In this document: positions 26,635-36,821 of the stretch, piece by piece | How the letters are laid out: each line of letters opens with the position of its first letter | Numbering within the stretch: the stretch's first letter is position 1 | Notes under the pieces: generated by a model | The model's database searches: none | Told to the model about the DNA's origin: nothing | Seen by the model: the letters and a program-made list of their open reading frames with translations, nothing else | Assembly: GCA_965217585.1 (NCBI GenBank) | Contig: OZ244561.1 | Span: 5,312,001-5,376,000, forward strand | Length of the DNA stretch: 64,000 nucleotides | Reading direction: 5' to 3' | Origin: Candidatus Latescibacterota bacterium | GTDB taxonomy: Bacteria; Latescibacterota; UBA2968; UBA8231 | Translations under genes and position numbers: made by a program

Positions 26635-28839
26635 TCAATAGGCCACGCCTATGAGGCCGCTCGCCTCGGCCTTGCCGCCGTCGGTGTCCAAATCAATGTT
26701 GAAAATGTAGAGGCCCGGCGGCACGGTGTTCCCTTGGCCATCGGTACCGTCCCACGTCCTAGTAAAACGACCACTCTGGTCAATCCCGCGATAGACTTCC
26801 CGCACCATGCTGCCGGACAAGTCGTATATCCGCAGCGCTACGCCGGCCCCGCTGATGAGATCGGTGATATCAAAATGTATCTGCGCAATATCGTTGATCT
26901 GATCCCCATTGGGCGTAAAGACTGCTGGTACGGCGTTGACGTTGATCAGCAAGTCCCCTTTTTTCGCCACTTGCACCACCAGATTTCCCGGGTCGCGAAT
27001 GAGAGTGGCATTGGAACTTTCTTGGCTCAAGTAAAAGACATTGCCTCCCACTACCCGTTGTGGAACTTCGCCGGGGGTTTCGGACAGGGCTAGGGGGGAA
27101 AAGGCGGTTCCAGTCCGCAGCACTACGCATTGGAAAACCACTTCCAAGACGGTCATCTGTCCCACTTCTATGCGACTATTCTCTACTTTGGGGAAACTAA
27201 TCTGGAAGCGATCTTCCTCGACCAAATCAATGCGGAAATCCCCGCGTTCCACCGGCAGGTCACTCAGGTCCGAATCCGAGAAATCTTGTTCGAGGCGGGA
27301 TCCATCCGGTAGCGACATGCCAATCCGATCTACTGCGTCCACTTTTACGGGTGTGCTGATTTCGAGGGAACTGAAGCCCTGATCGATTTCGGGCCGCATA
27401 TCGGGAATGAGTGCCAAGGAAAAAGCTGTTTTTTGCCCCAGATCCGCTTGGCGTGGGGTGATCTCTCCCACGATCTCTGCGGCCAGTACCGGCCTGGAAA
27501 AATCGAGGGACAGTGAACCGATGCCTTTGGCCGAAAAGAGATCTTCACTCAAATAATCCACTTTGAACTGAAAGTAACGCCCTGGACCGGGCGAAACGAT
27601 GGGCACTCCGCCCATCCCTGCGGATACTTCATCGGCGCTAGTTATACCCGTAGCCGCATAGGGCGGCGACCAGGCGCTCCAGTTTTCCAAGTCGTCCCGC
27701 ACCGAGCCCTTGTTGCCCGACCTCAGTTTATTGTACTCGGCTTGGGTCAGCGATATCTCATTCCTCCTATCGAGAGGAAGATCTTTGTACAATAGCCGAG
27801 CCCGCTTTATATCGAAATCGGGCGCGTCGAGTTGACTGACGATTTCCCACGCTTGGCTGCCTTCGTCGAATTCATCGGCCGTCTTCCAAGCCACTTCGGC
27901 CCCGTCGAGGTCGCTGCGGAGGCGATTGAACACGACTGGAGAATCATCAAAGCCGCTCCTAGTGCTGATGGGCACTTGGGAGCGGATCGGGTCGCCTTGG
28001 CTTTCTTCCTCCCAGCGCAGATTTCCCCAAAGGGCCAAATTTTCTCCCAGATCGAATATATCCGAATGATACTCCGCCGTGGGCACGAAACCCTCTCCGA
28101 AGACTTGGAACTCTCCTATTTCAAAGCCCACTGTGGTCTGGGATTTTAGCTGGAGATAGCGCACGTACTGGGGCTCTATCTGCACATCTACTACCGGTTG
28201 GTCGTTCTGCAGTACGAGCAGAACGCTGGTGAATACCGGCAGGCCGGCGGCTAGTGTTTCTCGCGTGCCGTCGTTGAGAAAAATCTCATAGGCCCTCATA
28301 TAATCGTCTTGAAAGGGAAAATCAGGAGCGAGAAAATCTGGAGCGGCGTTCCTGGGGAAGAAGCGGATGCGACTCACGCCAAATCGCGCTCCTAGGTCGA
28401 ACTGGAGGACCACGCCCAGCGCCCGGACATTCTGACCAGGAGCGCTTTTCCTTTCAAAGGCCGAGCTGGCATTATTGTCTATCATTTTTAACAGGTCTGT
28501 CGCTAGATCTCTGAGAACAGTGGGCGCGGTTACAGATCCACCTCGGTCTAGCAGTTGTAAGGCGATGTTGTCAGTTTGGTCGGCCTTTTCGGGAAAAATC
28601 CATCCCTCCCGCGCAGAAAAGTCGATAACCCCCCCAGGTACGTTTTCGTTTGTCACCTCCTGGGGCCCTAAGATGATCACCGGATCTAATCCTCCTCCTC
28701 CTTCTTGCCAAGGTCGGCCTTCCTCGCCGCCGAGAATGATCAACTCCTTGGTGGCTCCTGTACCCACAGACCCGTAGACGGAGAGCAAGACCCCTATAAT
28801 CAGATATGAGCGTAAATTCGAACTAAAGTCCGCTTGCAT
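26635..28839 (-). CDS. Secreted discoidin-like protein with TPNGD/FlgD-Ig C-terminal domain
   Basis: DLGARFGVSRIRFFPR, VFGEGFV, WGNLRW, SPGPGRYFQ, FTPNGDQIND, WDGTDGQGNTVPPGLY, ends VAY. Confidence 0.8.
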   Translation of the reverse strand: MQADFSSNLRSYLIIGVLLSVYGSVGTGATKELIILGGEEGRPWQEGGGGLDPVIILGPQEVTNENVPGGVIDFSAREGWIFPEKADQTDNIALQLLDRGGSVTAPTVLRDLATDLLKMIDNNASSAFERKSAPGQNVRALGVVLQFDLGARFGVSRIRFFPRNAAPDFLAPDFPFQDDYMRAYEIFLNDGTRETLAAGLPVFTSVLLVLQNDQPVVDVQIEPQYVRYLQLKSQTTVGFEIGEFQVFGEGFVPTAEYHSDIFDLGENLALWGNLRWEEESQGDPIRSQVPISTRSGFDDSPVVFNRLRSDLDGAEVAWKTADEFDEGSQAWEIVSQLDAPDFDIKRARLLYKDLPLDRRNEISLTQAEYNKLRSGNKGSVRDDLENWSAWSPPYAATGITSADEVSAGMGGVPIVSPGPGRYFQFKVDYLSEDLFSAKGIGSLSLDFSRPVLAAEIVGEITPRQADLGQKTAFSLALIPDMRPEIDQGFSSLEISTPVKVDAVDRIGMSLPDGSRLEQDFSDSDLSDLPVERGDFRIDLVEEDRFQISFPKVENSRIEVGQMTVLEVVFQCVVLRTGTAFSPLALSETPGEVPQRVVGGNVFYLSQESSNATLIRDPGNLVVQVAKKGDLLINVNAVPAVFTPNGDQINDIAQIHFDITDLISGAGVALRIYDLSGSMVREVYRGIDQSGRFTRTWDGTDGQGNTVPPGLYIFNIDLDTDGGKAEASGLIGVAY

Positions 28840-28880
28840 GGGAGAACCAATCTCTAATTAGATTCGTACAAAACGCCTTG

Positions 28881-30785
28881 TTAATAGGCGACCTGTAGTG
28901 GTTTTACGGCCGCGACCGTTTGGTGGTCGGCCTCGACGGAGACGCGGTATAGGTAGAGTCCCGGCGGCACCAGCCGTCCCGACGCATCGCGACCATCCCA
29001 CACCCGCTCATACGCACCAACCCCATCCAACCCCTCATACACCTGACGAACCCGACGTCCCGACAAGTCCCACACCGCCACCACCACCCAGGACGGACCG
29101 GTCAACTCTACCAAGCGATACCCCAATCCTACTACATCGTTATACTCGTCCCCGTTGGGCGTCAAGACCACCGGTCCTACCCCTATCTGCAACACGTCCT
29201 GATGTTCCGCCCGGGTGGCCACCCACACCCGATTGTCCTCATAGGCGGGCGTAGCATCGCCTTCCTGCACGCTCTGGGGCACCTCCAACGGCAGGGCACT
29301 GTCCCACACCCGCATTGAAAAAGTCGAACCATAGCGCAACACCTCCGCCTCGAAAACCACCTCGACCAAAGCACCCGAATCCTGAGCTGTCAGCCGCGGG
29401 ATACTCACGACCACCCGGTGTAGCTCTGCCACCTCCACTGCATAATCTACCGGCTCATCGCCAATGTGCACTTGGGTTACGGGTCCCAGTCGCGCCGTGG
29501 TGGCCACCTCTAAACGGTCAAAGCCGCCATTAGCAACTCCAATGGTGGGTCGCAGCACGTAGGTAAACTGCTGCGGCTGTCCTACCGTTGCCTCGACCGG
29601 CCAAACCTCGCCGATCAACTGCGTAGCCACCGGTAGGGAAGCGCGCACTTCGAGAAAGTCCACTTGTCCGCCGTCGTCGTCTTGAGGCAGAAAGTCGACC
29701 CTGAGTTGGAGGTAGCGTCGTGGACTCCGCGACACGATGGGGGTGCCACTGCTGTCGGCAAAGGCGTAGGGGGACGACCAGAACGTCCAGTTGGCTTGAT
29801 CGTAGCCGGTGCCGGCTTTTTCGCCTATGGCCAAGTCGGCGTATTCGGAACGGCTGACGGGTATTTTTTCGTCGCCTCGTCCGGTGAAACGCCAGAACAG
29901 GTTGGGATCGTCGTCTTGTCCGGATCGGGTTTGGATGAGGATGCGGGCTTTGGGGTCTTGGTGGCCTGCCCAGCGCAGGTCGCCCCAGGCCATCGGTTGG
30001 CCAAAATCGAGAATGTTCGAGATGTACGTGGATTGTTCGACAAAGCCCTTGGCGTAGATTTCTATCTCGTGGACATCCCAGTTCTCGTTGTGCTCGCCGA
30101 TAGTGACTTGGACAAAACCTGCTTTATCGTACGGTGGGATGGGGATGTCGAGGATTTGCTCTCGGTTGTCCCGCACCTCAATGATCGAAGGCACGTAGGG
30201 ATGGGGGTGCTGGTACACAGCTTGGCGGGGCTGCTCTTCGTTGAGGTGGATGCGGATGGACCGTACTGTTTTACTCGGGTCAGTCAACCCGGATATAACC
30301 CGGATCCGGTCGATGAGATGGAGGGTACCTAGTTTGATATTGGCTGTGCCCGGGGTGCCGAAATCGTCGACGCATCTAAGGAAGTAATTTCTTTCCTCGA
30401 ATTCGGCGCACAGGTACCGGTCCGCCACCCAGAAAGTGCTGGTGTCCCCATCCCATACCTGCCCGTTCGTTTGCTTTCGAATATAGCTTCCCCCCCCTTC
30501 CTCAATTCCGGGGGCTATATTAAAGGTAGGATCTCGTTTTAGAGCTCGAATGGCCGCGGCTTCTATATCCAGATCAACCGTCTCTCCGCCTAGGGAAGGA
30601 TTGAGATCGGCCCAGCTTAGCTGGATAAATTCCACCTCTTCGCTGTCTACTTCTGGAGGTGGATCCAGCGCTTCGCCACCAAAGCGGAAGATGACCAGCC
30701 CAGAGGCCTCGTCTGCCAAAAAACCAACCCAAAAACAGAAAAGCCAGATCAGGGTACAAAAGAATGGAGCCGTCCTCATTGACAT
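28881..30785 (-). CDS. Secreted discoidin-like FlgD-Ig protein, variable subfamily copy 1
   Basis: Close paralogue of the three genes at 40782-46747; WDGDTSTFW, Cys-bounded loop, LTPNGD, WDGRD..GRLVPPGLY. Confidence 0.85.
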   Translation of the reverse strand: MSMRTAPFFCTLIWLFCFWVGFLADEASGLVIFRFGGEALDPPPEVDSEEVEFIQLSWADLNPSLGGETVDLDIEAAAIRALKRDPTFNIAPGIEEGGGSYIRKQTNGQVWDGDTSTFWVADRYLCAEFEERNYFLRCVDDFGTPGTANIKLGTLHLIDRIRVISGLTDPSKTVRSIRIHLNEEQPRQAVYQHPHPYVPSIIEVRDNREQILDIPIPPYDKAGFVQVTIGEHNENWDVHEIEIYAKGFVEQSTYISNILDFGQPMAWGDLRWAGHQDPKARILIQTRSGQDDDPNLFWRFTGRGDEKIPVSRSEYADLAIGEKAGTGYDQANWTFWSSPYAFADSSGTPIVSRSPRRYLQLRVDFLPQDDDGGQVDFLEVRASLPVATQLIGEVWPVEATVGQPQQFTYVLRPTIGVANGGFDRLEVATTARLGPVTQVHIGDEPVDYAVEVAELHRVVVSIPRLTAQDSGALVEVVFEAEVLRYGSTFSMRVWDSALPLEVPQSVQEGDATPAYEDNRVWVATRAEHQDVLQIGVGPVVLTPNGDEYNDVVGLGYRLVELTGPSWVVVAVWDLSGRRVRQVYEGLDGVGAYERVWDGRDASGRLVPPGLYLYRVSVEADHQTVAAVKPLQVAY

Positions 30786-30823
30786 GTACCTCGCAAATCT
30801 CGGACGCCGGTCTTACGCATCCC

Positions 30824-33394
30824 TCAGTACGCTACATGGACCACCCGCTGCACAAAAGTATTATCGGCCGAGCCAGAATCCACATCCACCTTTACCCTCG
30901 CCAAGTATATCCCCGGAGGAACTGGCTCGCCCAAATGATCCTTGCCATCCCACCGAAAGACATAATTGCCGCGAGGATCTGGACGGCGTTCCTCTATCCG
31001 GTTGGTCTCAAACCCACTCAGGTCGTAAACGGTCAGAGTCACCGGTCTCTCAGCACCCACCCGCGCTACGCCGAAGCTGAATACCAGCTCATCGTTGACG
31101 CCGTCCCCATTGGGCGTGAATACTCGCGACCCCAGTCTGAAATCCCTAATAATTTCGGTCCCCCTGAGAGCTAGGACGGTGACGGTCTGGCTGCTGACCA
31201 GTTCCGTGGGATCGCCCTCGTCAACTCGCTGCCAGAATCCAGGTACGGCGGAATTCTGTACCAGGGCTCCAAAGGAGGCACTATTGCCGAATATGGTGGC
31301 GCGAAACCGGATCTGAACTAGTTCCGTTCCGCCGCCAATTTTCTCGTCTAAGCGGAACCTGATGGAGCCGGCTGGCGCATCGGTCAGAGTCAGATCCGCC
31401 GGTGCGTAGTTAGTGGTTTGTCCGCTCTCGAAATTATCCTTGCTTCCCGTCCGCACTTCGAGCAACTCCATTGCAGTACCCGCCGTGGCTTCTAAGGTGA
31501 TCTCGTCGAAACCTTGATCTGTCGCAGTGAAATCGGGCCGGATGAAGTAAGAGAATTCCTCAGGGGTGCCCACGGTCTCAATTCGGGTGGGCCATACTTC
31601 TCCCACCAGCCGATCAGCAACTGGATCTGAGGTGTTGATGGCAATGGAGCGGAGGGTGGCACCCGCGTCCGACCTATCCGTGAGCAATATGAGCCGAATT
31701 TCCATAAACTGTCTGGGACTGGGGGATTTGATCGCTTCCCCGGACCGAGTGTACGGCACACTCCACGTGCTCCAGTCGTCGCCCGGTTTGAATGTGCTGG
31801 TGATATCGCCCTTTTTGGACTTAGGCAGCTTTTTGTAGCGCTTCTCGGTGACGACCTTGCCCTTGGAATCGTGGAAGATCTTCTCTTCTATCAACTCATT
31901 GCCCGTCCGGGTCTGCAGCTGGACCTGGGTCCCAGTCGGCGTATCCGCCTCCCACTCGACGGAAATCAGGTTCTTAGGTTCGTTAAATTGAATTAGATCC
32001 GAGGTCAGCGATACTTCCGCCACAAAGCCCTCCCCGTAGAGCATCACCTCCGTAAAAGCTATGTAGCTGAGCGAACTCAGTGGGTTCTGGAACGGAGAGC
32101 GAATAAAGCGGATCTTGATGGGCTCAATCTGGATTTCGCGAAATCGCAAGCCGCGGGAAGAGGTATGGCCAAAAGCGTCCCTAGCGGTACTTTGACCCAC
32201 CCGAGTCCACTTGATGCTGCCGTCGGGTGCCCGGGTACCATCGGAGGTATCGACGTAAAGTTCGTTGATCGCTGAGGCTCCGTCGGTGAGAAAGTGCATG
32301 GTGTCGACCCAGAATAGAGCCCCCAGATCCTCGAAGTAATTATAGTCGCGATAGCCGAAAATGGACCCATTGGCACCCGTGCTGTAGTTGCCGTCGGTAA
32401 CTGCTGCCCCAATGTCCTTAACGCCACCATTGTGCTCGATTGTCACCTGTCCTCCCCGCTCCACCACGCCGATGTTGATATTGTCTCCCTCCGTCACGAC
32501 CTCTACCTCGGCGATCTTGGGAATTTCCCTCCGGTAGTAGCGGATCGGGCCCCGGCGTTCGGGATTAATGCTGTCGTATTCCTCTTGTGAAATTAGAGTT
32601 TCTCGGCCGGACCGCTCTTTCCGGTAGAATTCGATAGCGCCTTGCTGGTCTGTCGGCAGATTCTCGTACTCCTGTTCGGTCAATTCCTCAGCCTTGGTCG
32701 AATCACTATTAATGGCAATTATTAGAATGCGCTCGAGCGGATCGCCCCTGAAGAGCAGATCCGATCCTTCGGTCGGACGGGGTTCAAATTCGAATACGCG
32801 CTGTGTCTTGTTGGGTTTATCGGTCCTGCCGATCTCCCAGAAGTTGGGGACGTTGGTCTTGGGCTCGTCGAGATAATAGCCCGAAACCGAGCGCGGTGGG
32901 GGTTGCCGCCAGCCCAGCACCTTGAACTGCAGGAAGGGATCTCCCTCGCCTTCTTGGGCAAAGCGCACGACTATTTTCTTGACGACCACTATGCGGCCAA
33001 GATTCACCTCTGCCCACCAGTCTTCCAGAGGGCTTTCGGGATTGGGGCCCCACATGGTCTGCAGGTCGCCATCTATCAGGTTGTTCACCGTATTGGTGCC
33101 GGAGCCTGCTATCACCCCTCCCTCGCCGGTAGTGGAAAATTGCGTCGCGTTCTGAGCTGCGTTGACCTCTTTCCGTATAAAGGAGGGCTGCACTGTATTG
33201 TCGGCCGTGGAAATATCCAGAACACTCGAAGCCCCTTTCCACGCCTGCCAGTGAGCTGCTCGGTCAATAAGGACTTGATTGCCGCGAATAGCGTGGCCCT
33301 GTTGCGACCAGGCTTGGAGGGGAAAGATCAGCAGTGTACCGATCCACACCAAGCTGGAGATGCCCCGCCGATAAGAAATCGAGTCAACTACCAT
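30824..33394 (-). CDS. Secreted protein with two discoidin-like domains and TPNGD/FlgD-Ig C-terminal domain
   Basis: Signal peptide; LIDGDLQTMW..VNLGR and VTDGNYST..DLG repeats; YGEGFV, SPSPRQF, GEVWP, FTPNGDGVND, ends VAY. Confidence 0.8.
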   Translation of the reverse strand: MVVDSISYRRGISSLVWIGTLLIFPLQAWSQQGHAIRGNQVLIDRAAHWQAWKGASSVLDISTADNTVQPSFIRKEVNAAQNATQFSTTGEGGVIAGSGTNTVNNLIDGDLQTMWGPNPESPLEDWWAEVNLGRIVVVKKIVVRFAQEGEGDPFLQFKVLGWRQPPPRSVSGYYLDEPKTNVPNFWEIGRTDKPNKTQRVFEFEPRPTEGSDLLFRGDPLERILIIAINSDSTKAEELTEQEYENLPTDQQGAIEFYRKERSGRETLISQEEYDSINPERRGPIRYYRREIPKIAEVEVVTEGDNINIGVVERGGQVTIEHNGGVKDIGAAVTDGNYSTGANGSIFGYRDYNYFEDLGALFWVDTMHFLTDGASAINELYVDTSDGTRAPDGSIKWTRVGQSTARDAFGHTSSRGLRFREIQIEPIKIRFIRSPFQNPLSSLSYIAFTEVMLYGEGFVAEVSLTSDLIQFNEPKNLISVEWEADTPTGTQVQLQTRTGNELIEEKIFHDSKGKVVTEKRYKKLPKSKKGDITSTFKPGDDWSTWSVPYTRSGEAIKSPSPRQFMEIRLILLTDRSDAGATLRSIAINTSDPVADRLVGEVWPTRIETVGTPEEFSYFIRPDFTATDQGFDEITLEATAGTAMELLEVRTGSKDNFESGQTTNYAPADLTLTDAPAGSIRFRLDEKIGGGTELVQIRFRATIFGNSASFGALVQNSAVPGFWQRVDEGDPTELVSSQTVTVLALRGTEIIRDFRLGSRVFTPNGDGVNDELVFSFGVARVGAERPVTLTVYDLSGFETNRIEERRPDPRGNYVFRWDGKDHLGEPVPPGIYLARVKVDVDSGSADNTFVQRVVHVAY

Positions 33395-33453
33395 GATGGC
33401 TCCTCCAGAATGTGAATTTGTCGCGTGGTTAAACAGCTTTTAGATAGATAAAC

Positions 33454-33487
33454 ACAAAGAGGGGATATCGAAATATCCCCTCTTTGT
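33454..33487 (-). terminator. Hairpin terminator with UUCG loop
   Basis: Perfect 15-bp stem ACAAAGAGGGGATAT / ATATCCCCTCTTTGT with TTCG loop on the minus strand, 16 bp after the stop of 33504..34433. Confidence 0.85.
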
Positions 33488-33503
33488 ATTTGAAAGACTG
33501 GAA

Positions 33504-34433
33504 TTATTCTTCCAGCAGATAGTGGGACTTGATTCTGCCCCACGAGTCGTTTTCTACAGCGGTGGGGAACAGCTCTTCATCGACCTCCAGCAACTCCATG
33601 TCGCCCATGAGATTGCCATTGCGCCAGACGTTGTGAACAGCCGGAAAATCGTAGGAGCCCTCGTAGCTGGAGTCCAAGTCGTAGTCTTTAGACAGGGAGC
33701 CGACGTGGATGATATTGCCTACTTCCAAGTCGAAGATTGTGCTTTGCTCAGGACCATCCCAACTCCAAGTTTCCCACGGGGTCATCATGATCTCGTAGGA
33801 ATAAGTACCCGGACCACCAGTCTCGCCGGTGCGGGACCAGCCCACTTGGGCGTACTCGGGGAAGGGGATCTCGCGGCCAGTGGTCTCCCAGTCGGTCGCC
33901 TCGATGTACTTGAAGGCCCAGTACCCATCGATGGGCGGCACGTGGATCTGCCACAGTTGACCCGTGACGAAAAACAAATCCCGGCGCTCGTCCTCGGACA
34001 AATCGTTCCAATCGTTGTTAAACATATCGCCACCGCTGTGATCGGCGTCGAGCACGAAGTGCCAGTCGTCATCCCAGTTGAAGACGGTGGGGTCGTCGCG
34101 GTCGTTGTTGAGATTATCGTCAACCACAAAGGCAAAGGAGAAAACCCGGTTCATTTCCTCGTTCCAGGCCCATGCGCTCCTAGCGTTGAAATCCGACAGC
34201 TCGCCGCTGTCAGTCCCGCGCACGGTCTCTTGGATATGGCCTCCTTCCACCGAGATCTCGAAGATATCTGGATCTACCATGTCCCAATCGCTTAGATCGC
34301 CGTCGATGGCGGGCACGGCGTGAAGGGGGAACTGAAAGGCGAAGTAAACCTCGCCAGGCGGTTCGTGAGCCGAGCCGATACTAGCGCAGGCGACCACGAG
34401 CGCTAAAGCCAGAAAGCAACGAATCAGTTTCAT
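33504..34433 (-). CDS. Secreted CBM9/DOMON-like protein with C-terminal TAVENDSWGRIKS motif
   Basis: Signal peptide ending GSA-H, PAIDGDLSDW, LDADHSGG; RBS AGGAGGT; paralogue of 2221..3147. Confidence 0.75.
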   Translation of the reverse strand: MKLIRCFLALALVVACASIGSAHEPPGEVYFAFQFPLHAVPAIDGDLSDWDMVDPDIFEISVEGGHIQETVRGTDSGELSDFNARSAWAWNEEMNRVFSFAFVVDDNLNNDRDDPTVFNWDDDWHFVLDADHSGGDMFNNDWNDLSEDERRDLFFVTGQLWQIHVPPIDGYWAFKYIEATDWETTGREIPFPEYAQVGWSRTGETGGPGTYSYEIMMTPWETWSWDGPEQSTIFDLEVGNIIHVGSLSKDYDLDSSYEGSYDFPAVHNVWRNGNLMGDMELLEVDEELFPTAVENDSWGRIKSHYLLEE

Positions 34434-34622
34434 TACTTTAACCTCCTGTTAGGTATTGGATTGAAAAGCCGATTCATCTGTCTGCTCAATTCTGCATATA
34501 CAGTGCCGAGTTACCAGGCTATGAGACCTCCTTTCGCCTGACTGTTTAAACGTTCTTTATTCCTGCTACGGACACTTAGTTTGGTAATATACGAGCAAAA
34601 AGTCTAAGTACATAGAAAAATT

Positions 34623-36794
34623 TCAACCCTCTCCCTCCAACTGCTGTATTCGGCCCGCCGATGGATGATTGGGTGCCAACTCTACCCCCTTCTGCCAGTA
34701 CGCACGGGCCTGCTGACGTCGTTCCAAGCGCCACAAGGCCCGGCCTAGATTGAAGTAGGCCGGGGCAAAATCCGGGTGCAACGCGACCAGCTCTTCCCAA
34801 GTTTCCACGGCTTTTTCCAGATCTCCCAAGGAGGCGTACGCCACTCCGAGTTCGTTGTACGCCTCTTGGTACGCTGGCTTCAGAGCTATAGCCTGCTCCA
34901 AAAAGCGCACGACCTGCTCTAGCTGGCCCAATTGAGCATAGGTCCGCCCCATTTGGGTGTAGAGATAGCGTCCCACTTCTAGGCCGACCAATTCTTCGGG
35001 CGCTGGCGCAATTTCCAAGGCCCGGTGGTACGCCTGCAAGGCGCCCGCCCAATCTTTTTCGGCCCTAGCTTGGTGACCGCGCAAAACCCAGTGCAGTGCC
35101 TCAAAGTAGGAACGGGCCTCTATCCGCACCGAAGTTCCGTTCACAGAGAGCGTGTCTAGCCGGACGACAGGTCCCGTCTTTTCTACTTGGTCAAATCCCG
35201 CAATCGGCAAAAAGTACCAGTCCATTCGGTCGAAAACAGCCGCTTCCACCCGGCCTGGTGAAAAGACTTCCCGCCATTGGCCTGTCCCTAGGAGGGACTG
35301 GAAATCGGGTGGTATCTCCTCGTCGGAGCACACAGGATGCTGATAGTGGACGATCACGACTGGGGCACTAGCGCTGTCCTGGGACGTCGACTTTACCTTC
35401 TCCACCTTCGTCTCCAGGTACAGGGGCGGCAGATCGTCGCGCCGGGCCAGTAGCGCGTACGCCCGCAGCAACGCTTCGCTGCCGTAGCTCTGCAGGTAAT
35501 GGGTCTGCCGCACCTGCAAGCGCTCGGGTGTCAGCACCTGGATCTGGCCGCACTTTGAGGGCAATTGGATCAGGCGCTGGTACTGGGGAAGGTGGGTCTG
35601 GAGCCAAGCCTGAGCCTCTATGCGGGTGTCTTGGCCGCTGAGTAGAGATCTAGTGCGGAGCGAGGCGTACAGGGGCTCGGCCACCAAGGTCAGGGTGACC
35701 AAGCCACCCACCAGAGGGTACTTACATCCCATCCCGACCAAACGTCCGATGAGCAAGGCTAGCAAGGGCGCAAGGGGTAGGGCATAGCGCATAAAAGTGG
35801 AGCCAGCAAGAGCGAGAACTGCGGCCAAGGGAATGATGCCAGCCAGCAAGACAAGTTCCTGCCATTGCCTCTGGCGAATGCCCCAGAGCAGGGACAGGGC
35901 TACGGCCACGGCAGCCACCGCGCCCAGACCGTGGCGCAAAGTATAGCGCAGGTGGTAGAGCCAAGCCTGTTCCTCTGCACCCGGCTCCGCCAGCAGATGG
36001 GTCCGTCCCATATCGGCGAAATGGTCCCAAAACTGCCCGGCATCGAGCCAGACAAAGGGTGTGGCTAAGGCAAAACTCAACGCAGCCCCACTGCCGACCC
36101 AGATGATGCGCCTGCGTGGCCAAGGTCTATTCAGCAAAATCGCCGTGGCTACTGGTATCGCCACTAGAACCGCCGGGTACTTGGTCGCCCCGGCCAAGCC
36201 AGTGAAAATACCCGCCGCCAGAAAATCCCACACGTGCCCCTCCTGTCGGGCCCGCACGGCCCACAACAGGGCCATTACCGCCCAGAAAACAGCCGGCGTA
36301 TCCACGATGGCCAAATGGGCAAAACGCACGGCCAGCGGCATGGTCGCCAAGATCAGGGCGGCCAAGAGTCCTTCTCTGACGCCGTAGAGGCGTCGGCCTA
36401 GACAGGCGACAGCCCCTACTGTGGCAACGGACAGCAGGGTGTTGACCCCACGCACTAGCGCTAGCAAATCGCGGCCGTCCACCAGCAAGTGATAGGCGAC
36501 AAACTGCTCCACTGATTCGGCGCTTGTCACCAGATAGTAGAGCAGGTATAAAAATGAACTAAGGTAGAAGTGAAAGGTTGGGTAGTTAAAGTAGTGGGGA
36601 TTGAGATCGCCGCTCCAGAAACCCAGCGGCAGGACTATGAAGGCGATCTCGTCGAAGTGGGTCCAGGCTGGTATGGGCACTGGCCAGCGCAGCGCCAGCG
36701 TTAGCACCAAGATAGCGCCCGTACCCCATCTGAAGGGAATGCGCCCTGTGTTCTTCTCTGACATTTGGCGCCTTTCCCGCCTAGGCTGGCTCAA
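34623..36794 (-). CDS. GT39/ArnT-like glycosyltransferase with C-terminal TPRs
   Basis: HFDE, DLNPHYFNYP, GLAGATKYP, multiple TMs, TPRs at the C-terminus. Start may be 36764. Confidence 0.8.
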   Translation of the reverse strand: MSQPRRERRQMSEKNTGRIPFRWGTGAILVLTLALRWPVPIPAWTHFDEIAFIVLPLGFWSGDLNPHYFNYPTFHFYLSSFLYLLYYLVTSAESVEQFVAYHLLVDGRDLLALVRGVNTLLSVATVGAVACLGRRLYGVREGLLAALILATMPLAVRFAHLAIVDTPAVFWAVMALLWAVRARQEGHVWDFLAAGIFTGLAGATKYPAVLVAIPVATAILLNRPWPRRRIIWVGSGAALSFALATPFVWLDAGQFWDHFADMGRTHLLAEPGAEEQAWLYHLRYTLRHGLGAVAAVAVALSLLWGIRQRQWQELVLLAGIIPLAAVLALAGSTFMRYALPLAPLLALLIGRLVGMGCKYPLVGGLVTLTLVAEPLYASLRTRSLLSGQDTRIEAQAWLQTHLPQYQRLIQLPSKCGQIQVLTPERLQVRQTHYLQSYGSEALLRAYALLARRDDLPPLYLETKVEKVKSTSQDSASAPVVIVHYQHPVCSDEEIPPDFQSLLGTGQWREVFSPGRVEAAVFDRMDWYFLPIAGFDQVEKTGPVVRLDTLSVNGTSVRIEARSYFEALHWVLRGHQARAEKDWAGALQAYHRALEIAPAPEELVGLEVGRYLYTQMGRTYAQLGQLEQVVRFLEQAIALKPAYQEAYNELGVAYASLGDLEKAVETWEELVALHPDFAPAYFNLGRALWRLERRQQARAYWQKGVELAPNHPSAGRIQQLEGEG

Positions 36795-36821
36795 TTACCG
36801 CCCGTCGGCGAGAATTCCGCG

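Noticed and set aside
26635-33394. Flagellar hook-capping flgD genes
   Set aside because: Only the Ig-like tail is shared; the proteins have Sec signal peptides and there is no flagellar context.
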